Shown one piece after another: positions 61,901 through 64,000 of a stretch of DNA of 64,000 bases. The DNA lies in contig CM052817.1 in assembly GCA_028534125.1 (NCBI GenBank), positions 80,354,001-80,418,000 on the forward strand. The letters run 5' to 3'. This stretch comes from Lama glama (lineage: Eukaryota). The notes beneath the pieces are model-generated. The model saw nothing but the letters and a program-made list of their open reading frames with translations, ran no database searches and was not told the DNA's origin. Numbering within the stretch: position 1 is the stretch's first letter; each line of letters starts with the position of its first letter. A program made the position numbers and the translations under genes.

Positions 61901-62589
61901 CCTTCTGGCTGCATCAGCAGTTTTCTTGCCTCCCCCTTTCAAGACTTCTATCGCTGCTGCTGGAAAGCAAACAAATAAAGAATTAACTCGTCTGAGAGCT
62001 GGTCTGCTAAACCTTCAGCTGGAGATTGTTTTTTTTTTTCCCCTGAAATTAATTTCCTAATTTACTGATCTATAAACAAGTGAAGTCCTGTCCTGATTGA
62101 GGTGACATTTTTACTTGCACTTTAATGGCTTCAAAATTAGAAAGAGTAGACTGTCAGTTGTATCTTCCTCCAGGCTTACCTCTTTCTTTTTATTAAAAGG
62201 GTGACAGAAACAGCATTTGTGCGGCACACACTATTGTAGCACATATACTTGTTTATAGATATTTTACAAAATTTCACTAATTGAATTCTGTAAAAGGTCA
62301 AAACTTGTCCAGCTTCTGTTGGACACAGAGAAACATCCCTTTGGGCGTCCAAGGGTTTCCTTTGTTTTTCTTTGAGTTTTCTTCTTTAGTTTCTGTTCTG
62401 ATTGACAGGGCCCAATGCTGGAGTTGCTTGCTTGTGGGAAACCTGCTTTTCTTTGTGTATTTGTAGAAATTGAAACACGTGTCTGATGAGCGCTCTGCTC
62501 TCTGAATGAAAGGGAAGCTATATGTTCTGCTTCTCATGTCACTCAGCTCCTGTTAGGTGCAGAAGCAGCCCGCACAGTCCTCAAAAGAT

Positions 62590-63295
62590 ACTCTTATACC
62601 ACGACCCAGTAATTACATTTCTTGGTATTTACCTAAAGAAATTGAAAACCTATGTGTATGCAAAAACCTGCACATAGATGTGTATAGTGGCCTTGTTCAT
62701 AGTTGCCAACACTTGGAGGCAACCAAGATGTCCAAGATGTAGGTGAATGGGTATACTGGAGTACAACCAAACAATGGAATGTTATTCACCACTAAGAAGA
62801 AATGATCTATCTAGCTATAAAACGACATGGGGAACCTTAAATGCTTATTACTTAGTGAAAGAAGACAATCTGAAAAAGTTATATACTGTACAAGTCCAAC
62901 TATGCGATATTGTGGAAAAGGCAAAATTGCAGGGGGACAGTAAAAAGATCAGTGGCGGTCAGGGTTTGGGGTGAAGGGAATGAATAAGCAGAGCACAAAG
63001 GATTTTTTGGACAGTGAATCTCTGTACAATACCATAACAATGGCTACATGTCATTATGCATTTGTCCAGACCACAGATTTTAGAACACTAAGAGCGAACC
63101 CTAAGGTAAATTTTGGGCTTTGGGTGATTATGATGAAGGTTCATATCAGTGAAGGTTCATCAGTTGTAATAAATGGACCACTCTGGTGAGGAATGTTGAT
63201 AGTGGGGGAGGCTGTGCATGTGTGGGAACAGGAATTATATGGGAAATCTCTGTATATTCCTTGCAATTTTGCTGTGAACTGTCCTTTAAAAAATT
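62590..63295 (+). mobile_element. L1MC-type 3' end
   Basis: Same family signature as 22388-22960 (GGAGGCAACCAAGATGTCC, AAAAGATCAGTGG, GGAAATCTCTGTA). Confidence 0.85.
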
Positions 63296-64000
63296 ATCTC
63301 AATGAAAAATAATGCAACTCAGGAAAAGAAAAGAAAACAAGCCTCACACAAGATTGATATATAAACCAGAATGCTGATGATCGCTGTTTAGTGAGAATGG
63401 TGCTGCCAAGGGCTGCTGTATGGTCACACTGGCTGGTCAGTGCACTCTCTTCCTGCGGAAAAGCGGCACAGAAGCCAGAAGTGATAATCCTAAAATTGCT
63501 TTGTGAGCAAGGCCATTTTATTGGATAGTGATTTTCACTAGACTTAGTAGACTTGCCAAATAGAAGAATTTTGGCAGACTCAGACACACCTCTCCCCTGG
63601 AGATGCACTAAAACATTCTTCCTGTGAGAGACCCCTTTTTACTGCACTCTGAAAACTAGATCCATCAGGAGAATAGAAAGCTTCCAAATGGGACTCCAGG
63701 CCTGACTTGCATCCCCTGTGCTCTAGTTGGCTGGGTTGTACTTGGTTCTTCTCTCGATTCTCTTGACTTGATACCTCCAGACAGTCTTCAAACAGCCCTC
63801 TTCTGCAGCTGGCTGTCCCCATCACCACTCCCATCTTCAGAGATGATCTCCACGTTCGGCCTACCTTATTTCACCGCTTGTGCCCTGACTACTCTGTGGT
63901 CCAGCTGACTGCTCTATCTCTGACACAGCCCTGAGCAGAGGTGGGGGACCACCTCACAGACTTGCCACCCATGAGCTTCTCAATACGAACAACTCCCAGC

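Noticed and set aside
1..64000. Prokaryote-style or otherwise novel system (CRISPR array, operon, defence island, endogenous viral ORF)
   Set aside because: The sequence is CpG-depleted mammalian intronic and intergenic DNA explained by one exon plus known repeat classes. I saw no regularly spaced repeat array, gene cluster or long viral ORF.

Overview
Mammalian genomic DNA, probably camelid (inferred from three copies of a tRNA-Ala-derived SINE resembling camelid vic-1). The only protein-coding feature I can support is the terminal coding exon of the AAA+ ATPase gene AFG2A (SPATA5) at 44065-44241 (+), followed by its 3' UTR with candidate poly(A) signals. Bases 1-44064 appear to be one long final intron: no upstream AFG2A exon is visible. 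The rest is downstream intergenic DNA (SPRY1 is the next gene in human but is not visible here). The window is dominated by interspersed repeats (L1, HAL1, L2, MIR, MLT1/MER21 LTRs, hAT MITEs), has a 100-N assembly gap, and has two CpG-rich patches. Almost all ORFs in the supplied track are spurious or repeat-derived. I find no evidence for a new biological system. The best second-look items are a tailless 26-nt U6 snRNA retrocopy with a perfect 15-bp target-site duplication, an intronic CpG-rich element with NRF1/GC-box motifs, an LTR-borne CTCF-like site, and several repeat-free motif-dense candidate enhancers. Repeat family names come from my recall of consensus sequences, and repeat boundaries are approximate.
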